A stretch of DNA of 64,000 bases. Origin: an uncultured Planctomycetota bacterium (GTDB lineage Bacteria; Planctomycetota; Planctomycetia; Isosphaerales; Isosphaeraceae). Within the stretch, counting starts at the first letter, position 1, and each line of letters starts with the position of its first letter. Below, one piece after another: positions 33,141 to 43,415 of this stretch. The position numbers and the translations under genes were made by a program. The DNA is taken from positions 5,792,001 to 5,856,000 of the forward strand of contig CAVTTN010000002.1 of the NCBI GenBank assembly GCA_963737655.1. Reading direction: 5' to 3'. A model generated the notes under the pieces. It did no database searches. It was not told where the DNA came from and was given only the letters and a program-made list of their open reading frames with translations.

Positions 33141-34556
33141 TTACACGGCCAGCTCGCGCTCCAGGGCGTTGAGGACGTCGCCCATCGTCTCGAAGCCGGC
33201 GAGGAGGCGGTTGCGTTGCTCGTCCTTCAGCCAGGAGGCCACCTTCTTCTCGGCCGAGATCACCGTCGAGTGGTTCCTCCCGCCGAAGAACCGGCCGATC
33301 TCGCTGAAGGCGGCGCCGGTGTGCTTCCTGGCGAGGTACATGGCGAGCATCCTCGGGTGCGCCACGGCGTGGGACCGGGCGTCGGACTTCAGCGCCTCGG
33401 GGTCGAGGTTGAAGAGGCGGCAGACGGCGCGTTCGATGTCCTTCAGGGCCACGGCCTGGGCGGTGTGGCGGATCGTGTCGCGGAGGGCCGTCTTCGCCAG
33501 GGCGAGGTCGAGCCTCTTGCCCGAGAGCAGCGCGTGGGCGATCAGGCTATGCAGGGCGCCTTCCAGCTCCCGGACGCTCGACCGCAGGCTATCGGCGAGG
33601 AACGCGAGGACGGCCTCGGGCACCGGGACCCCCCGGGCGGCGGCCTTGGCGCGGAGGATCGCCTTCCTCGTGGCCGGGTCGGGCATGTCGAGCTTCACGA
33701 CCATCCCGCCGAGGAACCTCGTGGCGAGCTCGTCGGTGAGCTTGGCGACCTGCCGGGGGTGCCCTTCGCTGGCCAGGACGATCGGCGCCCCCTCGGCCAC
33801 CAGGGCGTTGAAGGTGTGGAGGAACTCGTCCTGGGTCGCCCTCTTGGCGGCGAGGAAATGGACGTCGTCCACGATCAGGGCGGCGGCGCCTCGATAGCGA
33901 GCACGGAAGGCGTTCAGGCCGCCGGACCTCATCGCGTCGAGGAATCCATTGGTGAACGCCTCGGCGGTGACCTGGACGACGTTCCGCCCGGGGTTCGCGG
34001 CCCTCATCGCCTGGGCGATCCCGTCGAGGAGGTGCGTCTTGCCCAGCCCGACGGCCCCGTGGATGACCAGCGGGTTGAACGCCGATCCCATCGACCGGGC
34101 CATCTCCACCGAAGCGGCCAGGGCGAGGCGGTTGCCGGGCCCGGCGATGAAGTCGTCGAGCCTCCGGGGCGGGCGGCCCTGGGGGCGCGGCTTCTCGCGA
34201 GACGGTTCGGACTTCGTCGGCAAGGGGACCGTCGGAGAGGGCCGGTGGGCCGGGTCGGACGGCCGATCGATCTCGATCAGGTGGCCATCGGGCCGGGGCT
34301 CGGCCTCCGCGTCGATCGAGAACGCCAGGCGCATCGGGCGGCCGACGACCGCCTCGGCCGCCTCGACGAGGCTGCCGGCGAAGTGGCCGCGAATCCTCTC
34401 GCGGAAGAAGCCGTTGGGCACGTCCACCGTCAGCGAGTCGCCGTCCACCCCGAAGCGGACCCCCTCGCCGAACCACAGGCCGAATTTCGCCTCGCCGATC
34501 TTCTCGGCCACGGCCTCGCGGAGGCGAGACTCGACGGCCATCTGGGTTGAAACCAT
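33141..34556 (-). CDS. dnaA: chromosomal replication initiator DnaA
   Basis: FNPLVIHGAVGLGKTHLL, IVDDVHFL, QDEFLHTFN, VRELEGAL, GGRNHSTV. Confidence 0.95.
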   Translation of the reverse strand: MVSTQMAVESRLREAVAEKIGEAKFGLWFGEGVRFGVDGDSLTVDVPNGFFRERIRGHFAGSLVEAAEAVVGRPMRLAFSIDAEAEPRPDGHLIEIDRPSDPAHRPSPTVPLPTKSEPSREKPRPQGRPPRRLDDFIAGPGNRLALAASVEMARSMGSAFNPLVIHGAVGLGKTHLLDGIAQAMRAANPGRNVVQVTAEAFTNGFLDAMRSGGLNAFRARYRGAAALIVDDVHFLAAKRATQDEFLHTFNALVAEGAPIVLASEGHPRQVAKLTDELATRFLGGMVVKLDMPDPATRKAILRAKAAARGVPVPEAVLAFLADSLRSSVRELEGALHSLIAHALLSGKRLDLALAKTALRDTIRHTAQAVALKDIERAVCRLFNLDPEALKSDARSHAVAHPRMLAMYLARKHTGAAFSEIGRFFGGRNHSTVISAEKKVASWLKDEQRNRLLAGFETMGDVLNALERELAV

Positions 34557-34796
34557 GACCCCCTCCCGGAGCGCTTCTCGGCGCGGACGAATCGATGATG
34601 CGGCCGGCGCGGGATGTCCCGATCGCCCGGAAGGGGGAAGCTCTGGAGGTCGCGTCGAGGCGAAGGTCCGCCGGCCGAGGCAACTATGCGCGCCGGCCGA
34701 TGCGAGTCAAAGCGCCCAGGGGCCATTCTCCGGGCCCGAAGGCGCGATCGGGCGCGGAGTTCCGACGATGAGGCGCCTGGCGAGGGACCAGAGGAC

Positions 34797-35009
34797 TAAC
34801 CGCCAAGCCGCCAAGATCGCCAAGGAGGGGAGGAGGGAAGGAGAAGAGGAGAGGAGGGAGGGAGAAGAGGAGAGGAGGAAAAGAGTCGAGAAGAGGAGAA
34901 GAGACGAGAAGAGAGAAGACGAGAAACTGCTTTTCACTACATTTCCCATCTCCTCTCCTCCTCTCCTCTTCTCCTCCTCACCTTGGCGATCTTGGCGGCT
35001 TGGCGGTTA
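34797..35009. repeat. inverted repeat family D enclosing a ~100-nt purine-rich tract and a pyrimidine-rich tract
   Basis: TAACCGCCAAGCCGCCAAGATCGCCAAGG..CCTTGGCGATCTTGGCGGCTTGGCGGTTA. Confidence 0.9.
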
Positions 35010-35057
35010 ATCTCCCCCGCCTCCCCGAACGATCTCGGCGGTGAGTCTCCCTCTCCC

Positions 35058-36809
35058 CTACTTCTTCGCATAAGCCCGAACATAGTCCACCAGCATGACC
35101 GACGGGTCCGGCGTCCGGTCGATCGGCCATCCTCCGCCCAGGGCCAGGTCCACCATCAGGTAGAGCGGCACCTTGGCCTCCTTCGGCGTCTTGCACCGGC
35201 GGAGCTCCACCCGGTCGAAGTAGAAGATGATGACGTCGTCTTCCACCGAGACCCCATAGGTGTGGAAATCGTCGGTCATCCCCGAGACGACCGACGGCTC
35301 CCCCTCGGCCCAGTGGAAATTGCCGGGGCCCCAGAGGTGGAGCGTGGTGTGGAGCGCGTTCGGGCCCACCCCGTATTGCTCCACCACGTCGATCTCGACC
35401 TGCGTGATCGTCTTCCTGTCGCGGGGCTCGACCAGTTGCGGCACGCCCATCAGCCAGAACGCCGGCCAGGTGCCCAGGCCCTTCGGGAGCTTCGCCCTCA
35501 TCTCGAAGTAGCCGAACTTCTGCGAGAACCCCTGCCCTTTGGGATCGACCGAGCAGATCAGGCCCGACCGCCATCGGCCCTCGACCTTCTTCGCCTCGAT
35601 CTTGAGGATTCCGTCCGAGACGGAGAACGGCGAGTTCGGCCCGGGGTCGCCGAACCCGGCGTCGCCGAAGTCCCCCGCATACGGCGTGTGGGCGATCCAC
35701 CGAGTCCCCGGCCCCCAGGCCGAGATGCTCAGCGGCTCGCGGAAATCCTCGTCGAACGTGAGCTTGTAGGCGTCCAGGTTCAACGAAGGTGACCCGAGCT
35801 TCGGCAACGGGGCCGAGTTCGAGACCGTGAACGAGCCGACCCGGTACGCCGTCGCGTCGCCGGGGACGGCCGACACGCCCGGGCCCGTCTTGAGCGGCTT
35901 GCGGCCTCCCGCGCTGGCCTTCGGGTCATACAGGCCGAGGACGACCTGATATTCCCCCTCGGCGGCGTCGGTCGGCACGATCACCGTCTTCGCATACTCG
36001 ACCTTCCCCGACCACTTCGCGGTGGGGACCGGCGGCTCGTGGTCTCCCTGGAAGGCCATCCGGCCCTTCGAGTCGCGGAAATGGACGAAGACGGTGCAGT
36101 CGCGGCCGGTGGGCTCGGCCTCCCAGCGATAGGTAATTCGCGTCCCGAAGCCGGGACGGCACGAGGTCGGCGACGCGGAGCAGGCGAGGACCGTCGGCTC
36201 CTTCATCGACGGGACCACGGCGCTCAGGTCATCGATCCAGAGACTGCCCAGGCCGGGCGTCTCCGGGCCGACCGAGTCCCTGCCGACGTTCAGGCCGAGG
36301 CCCGCAGGCCCGCCATGCCACGACCCGTCATTGGCGCCTCCCCAGTGCTCGCCGCCGACGAGGTCGCGGACCTTCAGGACGACCTCCCGCCAGCCATCGG
36401 GCCCGGCGGGGGGCAGCGCCACGCCCTTCTGATGGCACTGGCCGGTCCCGTCGACGAGCCTCACGCCGACCTGATTCACGTTCGCGGTGCGGACCCAGAG
36501 GCGGAACTCCTCGACGTCGGGCAGGCCGGCCGGATCGAGGTCCTTCCAGACCCCGACGTAGGCCCCGCCGCCGCGGAAGTCGGCATCGAGCTTGTAAGAC
36601 GCCTTCCCGCCGTGGGCCCGCGTCGAGTCGCGGACGAGCGACCCCTTCGCCCCGGGGAACTCCTCGCCTCCGACGAACTTCCAGCCCCTGGGCTCGGCCT
36701 CGAAGTCGTCGAGGGGGACGGGCTTCGATGGGCCCTGGGCCGAGGATCGCCCGGCGAGGCCGACGAGCAGCGCGAGCGTGACGGTCCGAATCACCTTGTT
36801 CCTGAGCAC
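35058..36809 (-). CDS. secreted GH16 glycoside hydrolase with N-terminal CBM-like domains
   Basis: signal peptide; FGYFEMRAKLP, WPAFWL, EIDVVE, DFHTYG. Confidence 0.88.
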   Translation of the reverse strand: MLRNKVIRTVTLALLVGLAGRSSAQGPSKPVPLDDFEAEPRGWKFVGGEEFPGAKGSLVRDSTRAHGGKASYKLDADFRGGGAYVGVWKDLDPAGLPDVEEFRLWVRTANVNQVGVRLVDGTGQCHQKGVALPPAGPDGWREVVLKVRDLVGGEHWGGANDGSWHGGPAGLGLNVGRDSVGPETPGLGSLWIDDLSAVVPSMKEPTVLACSASPTSCRPGFGTRITYRWEAEPTGRDCTVFVHFRDSKGRMAFQGDHEPPVPTAKWSGKVEYAKTVIVPTDAAEGEYQVVLGLYDPKASAGGRKPLKTGPGVSAVPGDATAYRVGSFTVSNSAPLPKLGSPSLNLDAYKLTFDEDFREPLSISAWGPGTRWIAHTPYAGDFGDAGFGDPGPNSPFSVSDGILKIEAKKVEGRWRSGLICSVDPKGQGFSQKFGYFEMRAKLPKGLGTWPAFWLMGVPQLVEPRDRKTITQVEIDVVEQYGVGPNALHTTLHLWGPGNFHWAEGEPSVVSGMTDDFHTYGVSVEDDVIIFYFDRVELRRCKTPKEAKVPLYLMVDLALGGGWPIDRTPDPSVMLVDYVRAYAKK

Positions 36810-36909
36810 GGTTCGCCCTCACGATCGGGGACATCCGGGTCAGCCTCTCCCGGCCGATCGTCCTCGTCCCAGAGCGAGGACCGATCGGCGAGTCGCTGCC
36901 CGGAGGGGT

Positions 36910-37479
36910 TCAGAGAAGTGCCGCGAATTCTCGGAGACTCGCGACCGTCTCGGCCAGCCCTTGCCGTTCCAGGGTCGCCAGATAGTCCTCCACCGACCTC
37001 GGAGGTCTCTTCAGACGGGCGCGGACGATCTTGACGGATTCACACACCGACGATTGATGGAGTTCGAGTTCGTTCGCGACGAAATCGTCGGGGTGGAGGG
37101 CCTCGATGCCATACGGCGCGAGGGCGGTTTCGGGGAAGTCCTTGAGGTTGAACGTCACGATGGCATCCGCGTGACATCGGACGGCCGCGGCCAGGACGTG
37201 CCGGTCCTCCGGGTCGGGCAGGACGAGTTCGGGGAGGATCTTCTCGTAGCCGGTGACCAGGCAATCGCGGACGTTCCGGTTCATCAGGTCGCGGGTTCGT
37301 TCCAACGGCCCCAGGGTGAGGTCGCCGCGAACGGCCAGGAGATTCCGGATCCATTCGTCATGGATGCGATCCGTCCAGCGCGCCCGGAAGAGGTCGGCCG
37401 AGGCGAGCTGCATCAGCAGGTCGCGCAGAGGGGCCGGATAGAGCACGCAGGCGTCGTAGACGACCGTCAGCACGGCCAT
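36910..37479 (-). CDS. PIN-domain protein
   Basis: YDACVLYPAPLRDLL, IHDEW, LPDPEDRHVLAAA, IVTFNLKDFP. Confidence 0.92.
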   Translation of the reverse strand: MAVLTVVYDACVLYPAPLRDLLMQLASADLFRARWTDRIHDEWIRNLLAVRGDLTLGPLERTRDLMNRNVRDCLVTGYEKILPELVLPDPEDRHVLAAAVRCHADAIVTFNLKDFPETALAPYGIEALHPDDFVANELELHQSSVCESVKIVRARLKRPPRSVEDYLATLERQGLAETVASLREFAALL

Positions 37480-37482
37480 TTT

Positions 37483-37986
37483 CTAATAACCCATGTCGAG
37501 CTCTTGGGCCTGGGCCGCGAGCTCGTCGAGGGTCAGGGATCGGGCCTCGTCGGTCCGCCTCTTGTAGTCCATCAAGTCGACGAACTTGACGCGACGGTGC
37601 CTGCCGACCTTGCGATGCGGGATCTCCCCGCCGTCGAGCAGCTTGCAGAGGTAGGGTCGCGAGACGTTCAGCAGGTCGGCGGCCTGCTTCGTCGTCAGCT
37701 CGGCGTGGACCGGGGTCAGGGTCACCGCGTGGCCCTGGGCCATCTCCGCGAGGATGCCGCCGAGCAGGCGCAACGCCGACGCCGGGATCGGGAGCGGCTC
37801 CCCGGCCGGCTTCCCCGAGACCCGAACGACGAGTTCGGCGGTCCGAGCGGGGCCGTTCCCGTCGTTCGGCATCAGGAGATCGGCCAGCGCCGGGCCGAGC
37901 CGTCGGCTCGATTCCCGGGCCAACCGGCTTTCCGCCTCGGTCGGGGGTCGCGGGATGGGCCGGGCGGCCGTCTTCGGAGCCGCCAT
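37483..37986 (-). CDS. excisionase-family HTH protein (antitoxin-like partner)
   Basis: ELTTKQAADLLNVSRPYLCKLLDGGEIPHRKVGRHRRV, QELDMGY. Confidence 0.9.
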   Translation of the reverse strand: MAAPKTAARPIPRPPTEAESRLARESSRRLGPALADLLMPNDGNGPARTAELVVRVSGKPAGEPLPIPASALRLLGGILAEMAQGHAVTLTPVHAELTTKQAADLLNVSRPYLCKLLDGGEIPHRKVGRHRRVKFVDLMDYKRRTDEARSLTLDELAAQAQELDMGY

Positions 37987-38212
37987 GTCTCTGCCTCCTG
38001 AGCGAGGACCCGGACGGGATGGGGCACCGGCCCCGCCCTTCCCCTCCTCGGGCGCATTATCCGCCGCAATCGCAATAAACGCAATGGCCGAGATCGGAGG
38101 ATCCACGCTCGGCGGTCCCAGGATCGACCGGGCCGACCGGTGCCATCATGGCCGGAGGGTGGGCTACCCCTTCTGGGGGCCCACCACTCCGGGAAACGCC
38201 TTCGGGCGGCCT

Positions 38213-41200
38213 TCAATCGATCTGGATGTCCCCCTCGCGCCTCCCTTTCTTCCTCGTCCTCCTCGTCCATCTCGGCCTCTTCCTGCTCCTGGGCGTCGGC
38301 CGAGGCGATCTCTCCGGGCGGGGTGTTGGGGTCGGGCTCGACCCGGACGCTCTGCGCGTATTCCTTGCCATCGACGGTGAGGACGATCCGGTACATGCCG
38401 GGAGGGACGGGCCTCAGGCCGCCCCCTCCGCCGAATCCTCCGCCTCCGCCTCCGAACCCGCCGCCCCCGCCGCCGGGGCCCGATTCCATGTCCTGGGAGC
38501 CGGCCGCTTCCTCGCCGGGCGTCTCGCGAGGGGGGGCGGCCTTCCTCGTGGTCATGTCCCAGGTCGTCCGGTGGAGGCCCGGCGCGTTCTCGGTCCGGAG
38601 CTCCCGGATCGTGGTGCCCTCGTGGTCGAGCACCTTGATGTTGATCTTCTCGGCCTTCTTCGCCAGGTAGTAGTCGACTCGGGCCCCGGGCTGCGGGTTC
38701 TGGCCGACGTACTGCCGGTTCGTCCCCCCTCGGACCGGCGACGGCCGCCAGCGGATCGCCGAGACCGGCCTGTACAGGTGGGCCGGCTCGGACAGGATCT
38801 TGGGCGTGGTCTGGCGGATCGGCGTGACGTCGAGGATCCACAGGCTCCGGCCGTGGGTCGCCGCCACGACCTCGCCGGCCGTCGGGTGCTGGGCGAAGTC
38901 GTGGATCGCCACCGTCGGCAGGTTCGCGTTGATCTTCGACCACGTCTTGCCCCGGTCGATCGACGCGTAGGCGAAGAACTCGGTGCCGAGGTACAGGACG
39001 TCGGGGTTGAACAGGTCTTCACGAAGGCAGCGGGTGGGGCCGGTCGGCAGGTCGCCCTTCAGGGGCTTCCAGGTCTTGCCGTAGTCGTCGCTGACGTAGG
39101 GCATCGGCTCGTCGTCGTCGGAGCGGTGGCCGTCGAAGGCGGCGTAGACCCGGCCGTTGGCGAACCGGGAGGCCTCGATCGTATCGACGTACCTCGGCCC
39201 GGCGAGCTTCACGTTCTTCGAGATCTCCTCCCACGCCTTGCCGCCGTCCTTCGTGACCCAGAGGTGGCCGTCGTCCGTGCCGACGTAGAGGACGTTCGGG
39301 TCCCTCGGGGATTCGGAGATGGCCGTGGCGCTGCCCTGGTCGGTGCGGGTCAGCTCGGGCGAGATCAGCTTGAGGTCCTCGCCCCGGTCGAGCGACCGGA
39401 ACAGGTAGTTGCCCGCGCAGTAGAAGATTTTCGAGTTGTGATGCGAGACGATGAACGGGGTGTTCCAGTTGAACCTCATCGGCTTGCGGTCGGGGTGGCG
39501 GGGGCGGATCGCGGCGGTCTCCCTCGTCCGGAAGTTGCGGCGGACCATCGCGCCGCCCTGGCTGGTGAAGTAGACCTGATCGGGGTCGTCGGGGTCCACG
39601 ACGGCGCCGAAGCCGTCGCCGCCGCCGACGGAGACCCAGTCCTCGTTCACCGGGCCGGACCGCGAGTGGGTGAAGCTGGGGCCTCCCCAGGTCCCGTTGT
39701 CCTGGAGGCCGCCGTAGACCCTGTAATCGCGGCGCGTGTCCACGGCGACGCCGTAGAACTGGCCGATCGCGGACTGATTCAGGTGGTCCCAGTTCTCCAT
39801 GCGATCATAGGTGGCATAGTAGCCGCCGTCGCACCCGAGGACCATGTGGCGGCCGTCCTTCGGGTCGATCCAGAGGGCGTGGCCGTCGGCGTGGACGCCC
39901 TTGCCGCCGTCGTTGCGGAACGTCTTGCCGCCGTCCTTCGAGCGGTAGAACTCGATCCCCAGGACGTACAGCAACTCGGGGTCGCTGGGGTCGATCCGCA
40001 CCTGGCTAAAATACATCGGCCGGGGGTTGATGCTGTTGACCCGGCTCCAGGTCGCCCCGCCGTCGGTGGACTTGTAGACGCCGCCGGTCTGGTAGCCGTC
40101 GGGGCCCTGGCGGTCCTGGACGTTCTCCCTCTGGCTGTTGAGCTGGCCGGCGAACGGGCGGGTCGGGTCGATGTTCCCCTGGGCGTTGGGCGGCCTCCGG
40201 GCGAACTCGACCTCGACCTCCTTCTTCTGGTCGCCCCTCTTGATGCCGAGCTTGACCTTCTCCTCGGGCTTCTTGTCGCGGATCAAGTCCATCACGGCCG
40301 CATACGTCTTCACGGGCTTGCCATCGACGGTCTCGAGGACGTCGCCGGACTCCAGCCCGGCCTTGGCGGCGGGGCCTTCGGGCACGACGGTCCTCAAGAC
40401 GGCGCGGTCGGGGTCATTGCCGCCGACGATCCCGAGGTAGCCGCCGCCCCCGGGCGTGCGGTTCGGCGGGCCGAAGCCGTTCTTCTCGCTCTCGACGATC
40501 GCGACGACGAGGTTCGGGTCCTTGCGGTGCCAGTCCAGGCCGATCCGGCCGAGGTTGCACTCGGGGAGGCCCTTGGTGACCTTCACGAACGACTTGCCGC
40601 CGTCGGTCGTCCGGTACAGGCCCGAGCCCGGCCCCCAGCGCTTGGCCGGCTCGTTCACGTCGAACTCGTCTCGCTGGCGCTCGTACGTGGCGACCATGAG
40701 CGTCTCGGGGTCGAGCGGGTGCATCCTCATGTCGATCACGCCGGTCTTGAAGTCGACGTAAAGGACGCGCTCCCACGTCTTCCCGCCGTCGCACGTCTTG
40801 TACAGGCCGCGGTCCAGGCTCGGGCCGTACAGCCGGCCCAGGGCGCCGACGTAGACGATGTTCGGGTCCTTGGGATGGATCAGGATCTTGCCGATCTGAT
40901 ACGTATTCTTGAGGCCCATGCAGGTCCACGTCTTGCCGCCATCGACCGACTTGTACACGCCGTCGCCGAACGAGACGGAGTTCCTCGGGTTGTTCTCGCC
41001 GGTGCCGACCCAGACGACCTTCCTGTCCGAGGGGGCCACGCAGACGTCGCCGATCGAGACGGTGGATTCCTTGTCGAACTGGTGCTCGAAGGTCACGCCG
41101 TTGTTCTCGGTCTTCAGGAGCCCGCCGCCGCCGGTGGCGACCCAGAAGGTGCAGGGGTCGGCCTCGAACACGGAGAGGGCGACGACGCGACCGCCCATGT

Positions 41201-41504
41201 TCGCCGGGCCGATCGGCCTCCAGGCCAGGCCCTTGACCCACTCGGGCGAGAGCGAGGTGGATTCGACGGGCTTCGGCGAGTCCTTCGGCTCCTCCTTCGG
41301 CGCCTCGTTGGTCTTCGGGACGTCGGCCGGCTTCGGCTCATCCTTCGGTGAGGTGCCGGTGGCGGACTTCGCGGCCTCCTGGCCTTTCGTCTGCTCCTGG
41401 GCGTTCGCCGAGGGCACGGCGACGGCCAGGGCCGCCAGGATCAGGACCAATCGCCCGACCGTCGGCGCGGTCGGGATGCGGTCATCGCTCGGGAGGGGCG
41501 TCAC
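38213..41504 (-). CDS. secreted VPS10/BNR-repeat glycosyl hydrolase-like protein with inserted PDZ domain (stop corrected for frameshift near 38245)
   Basis: WRPIGPANMGGR, many SxDGGxTW Asp-boxes, GYLGI..GPAAKAGLESGD PDZ, ATHGRSLWILD; alternative frame ends DIQID*. Confidence 0.88.
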
Positions 41505-41693
41505 GGTGGGGGCTCCAGGAGGGGCGACGGCGAGACTCGGATCGATCGCGACGGCCTGGCTTGAGGGGAGAGGGCGCGGCCCAGCCTTCGGCGAGTCGTA
41601 AGAAAGAGCGTCAGAGATCGGCCGCCCGTCCCGAGTTGTGGGCGAGGGGGCCGGCCCCTATGATAGCGGAAAAGTCGCCGAAAGGAGGCAGTC

Positions 41694-42023
41694 ATGGCCC
41701 CCCGGATCGTCGAAGGCATCTACGGAGACGGCCGAATCCGCCTGGACGAGACCCCCGAGGGCCTCGCCGAGGGGACGCGCGTCCAGGTCGTCTTCCCCGA
41801 GCCGACCGTCTCGGAAGCGGAACGTCAAGCGGCCTGGGATCGGGCGAGGGCCCGCATGGAGGAGGGGTTCCCGCTCGGTGGAGGCCCCTACCCCAGGAGG
41901 GAGGAGCTTTATGACCGCACTTATCGTTTTGATCAAGGAAATCGTCGACACGAATGTCCTCGTCTAGGCCCTGGACCCGCTCTCGGGTGCCAAGCAGAAA
42001 ATCGCGCTGGCCCTTCTCGATGA
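41694..42023 (+). CDS. antitoxin-like protein (AF2212-type N-terminus)
   Basis: IVEGIYGDGRIRL..GTRVQVVF; YPRREELYDR. Confidence 0.7.
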   Translation: MAPRIVEGIYGDGRIRLDETPEGLAEGTRVQVVFPEPTVSEAERQAAWDRARARMEEGFPLGGGPYPRREELYDRTYRFDQGNRRHECPRLGPGPALGCQAENRAGPSR

Positions 42024-42396
42024 CCTCCGAAGGCGCGGTGTCCTGGCCCTCACGGCCCAGGTCTTGAACGAGCTTTACAACGTCGTGACCCGTCTGAACA
42101 AATCCCCATCGCTCTCCCACGTCCGGGCGGCGACGATCGTCCGGGATTTGGCGGCCTCGACCGTGGTCTTCCCGCTGACCTCGGCCGTGACGTTGCGGGC
42201 CCTGGACGCCATCCCTCGCCACGGCCTTTCCTTCTGGGATGCCCTGGTCTGGGCCGCCGCCAAGGAGAATGGGGTCCGGGTGATCTATACCGAGGATTTC
42301 CAGGACGGCCGGGACGTCGAGGGTGTCCTCTACGTCAACCCGTTCCTCGCCGAGGCCGCCGGGCCGCCCCCGTCGGAGGCTATTCCTCCGGCTTGA
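41911..42396 (+). pseudogene. PIN-domain toxin with in-frame TAG at 41965-41967
   Basis: IVDTNVLV*ALD..QVLNE..SFWDALVWAAA..IYTEDFQ..VNPF, same frame on both sides of the TAG. Confidence 0.8.
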
Positions 42397-43308
42397 GGGC
42401 CTCATCGAGGTCCATCGCCGAGGTGATCCGGGGCTCGGGGCCCTTCAGCGAGTCGAGGTCGGCCTCGTCGCCCTTCTTGAGGTATTCGGTGCGGACGGTG
42501 CCTTCCTCCTTGCCGGGCAGGTAGGCGACGACGTAGGAGTCGCCCAGGACCGTCAGCCGGCCGCTCCGGAGGACCAGGGCCGTCCGTTCGTCCACGCCGA
42601 AGCCGAGGTGGCCGGGATGCTTGGCCAGGAGGCCGAGGAGCCGGTTCATCCTCTTGCGTTGCAGGAAGTGCTGATCGACGATCATGTCTCGGAGGAGGTC
42701 GAACCCCTTGCCCTCGACGGCCTGGGTCCGGCCCGAGACGATCATCACGCGGGAGAGGATCGCCGCCCCGGCCGAGGTCCCGCCGATCACTCCGCCCCGG
42801 GCGAGGAGGGCCTGGAGCCTCGTTTCGACCCGGGTGCCGACGTAGGCGTCGGCCAGGGCCGATTGCTTCCCCCCGCTGATCCAGACGGCGGTGGCCTTCT
42901 CCAACGGGGCGGAGAACGCGGGGTCGTCGGCCGTCTGGCGGGACCGGGTGTGGAGGAGCCGGACGTTCTTGAGGCCGAGGTCTCGCCAGGGCTTGAGGTA
43001 GACGGCTTCGACCTGGGGCGAGTCGGCCAGGGCATGGGCGGTGGGGATGACGACCAGATCGGCCTCGGCTCCGCCGGCCATCTCCACGAACCGGGCCCGG
43101 ACCTCGTCCGGGAGCTTGCCCCCTCCGCAGACGAACACGGCCCCATGACCGGGCCCTCGGGCGCGACCGGCATCGGGCCCTCGCCGACGACCCGCCAGGC
43201 CAGGGACCGGCCCGTCAGCCCCAGGACCAGGGCGACGACGGCCAAGAACGCATAGATCGCCACCTTCCCAGGAGGCCGCCCCGGCGCCGCGATCGTCCGG
43301 ATCGCCAT
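42380..43308 (-). CDS. cyanophycinase / peptidase S51 (frameshift near 43140)
   Basis: CGGG, VIPTA, WISGGKQ, GGTSAGA, VDQHF..RMNRL, GVDERTA. Confidence 0.9.
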
Positions 43309-43415
43309 CGATTCCCCTCCGCCATGCCGATCTCTGTCCCCGACAGGGGATTGTAAGGCCCGGGCGCCGATGCGTCCAGGCGGCTCGGGGCCGGCCTCGC
43401 CGCGAGGTGCCCGGG

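Noticed and set aside
36910..37986. Prophage or integrative element inferred from the excisionase-like HTH
   Set aside because: No integrase, att site or phage genes; HTH-PIN is a common TA-like pair
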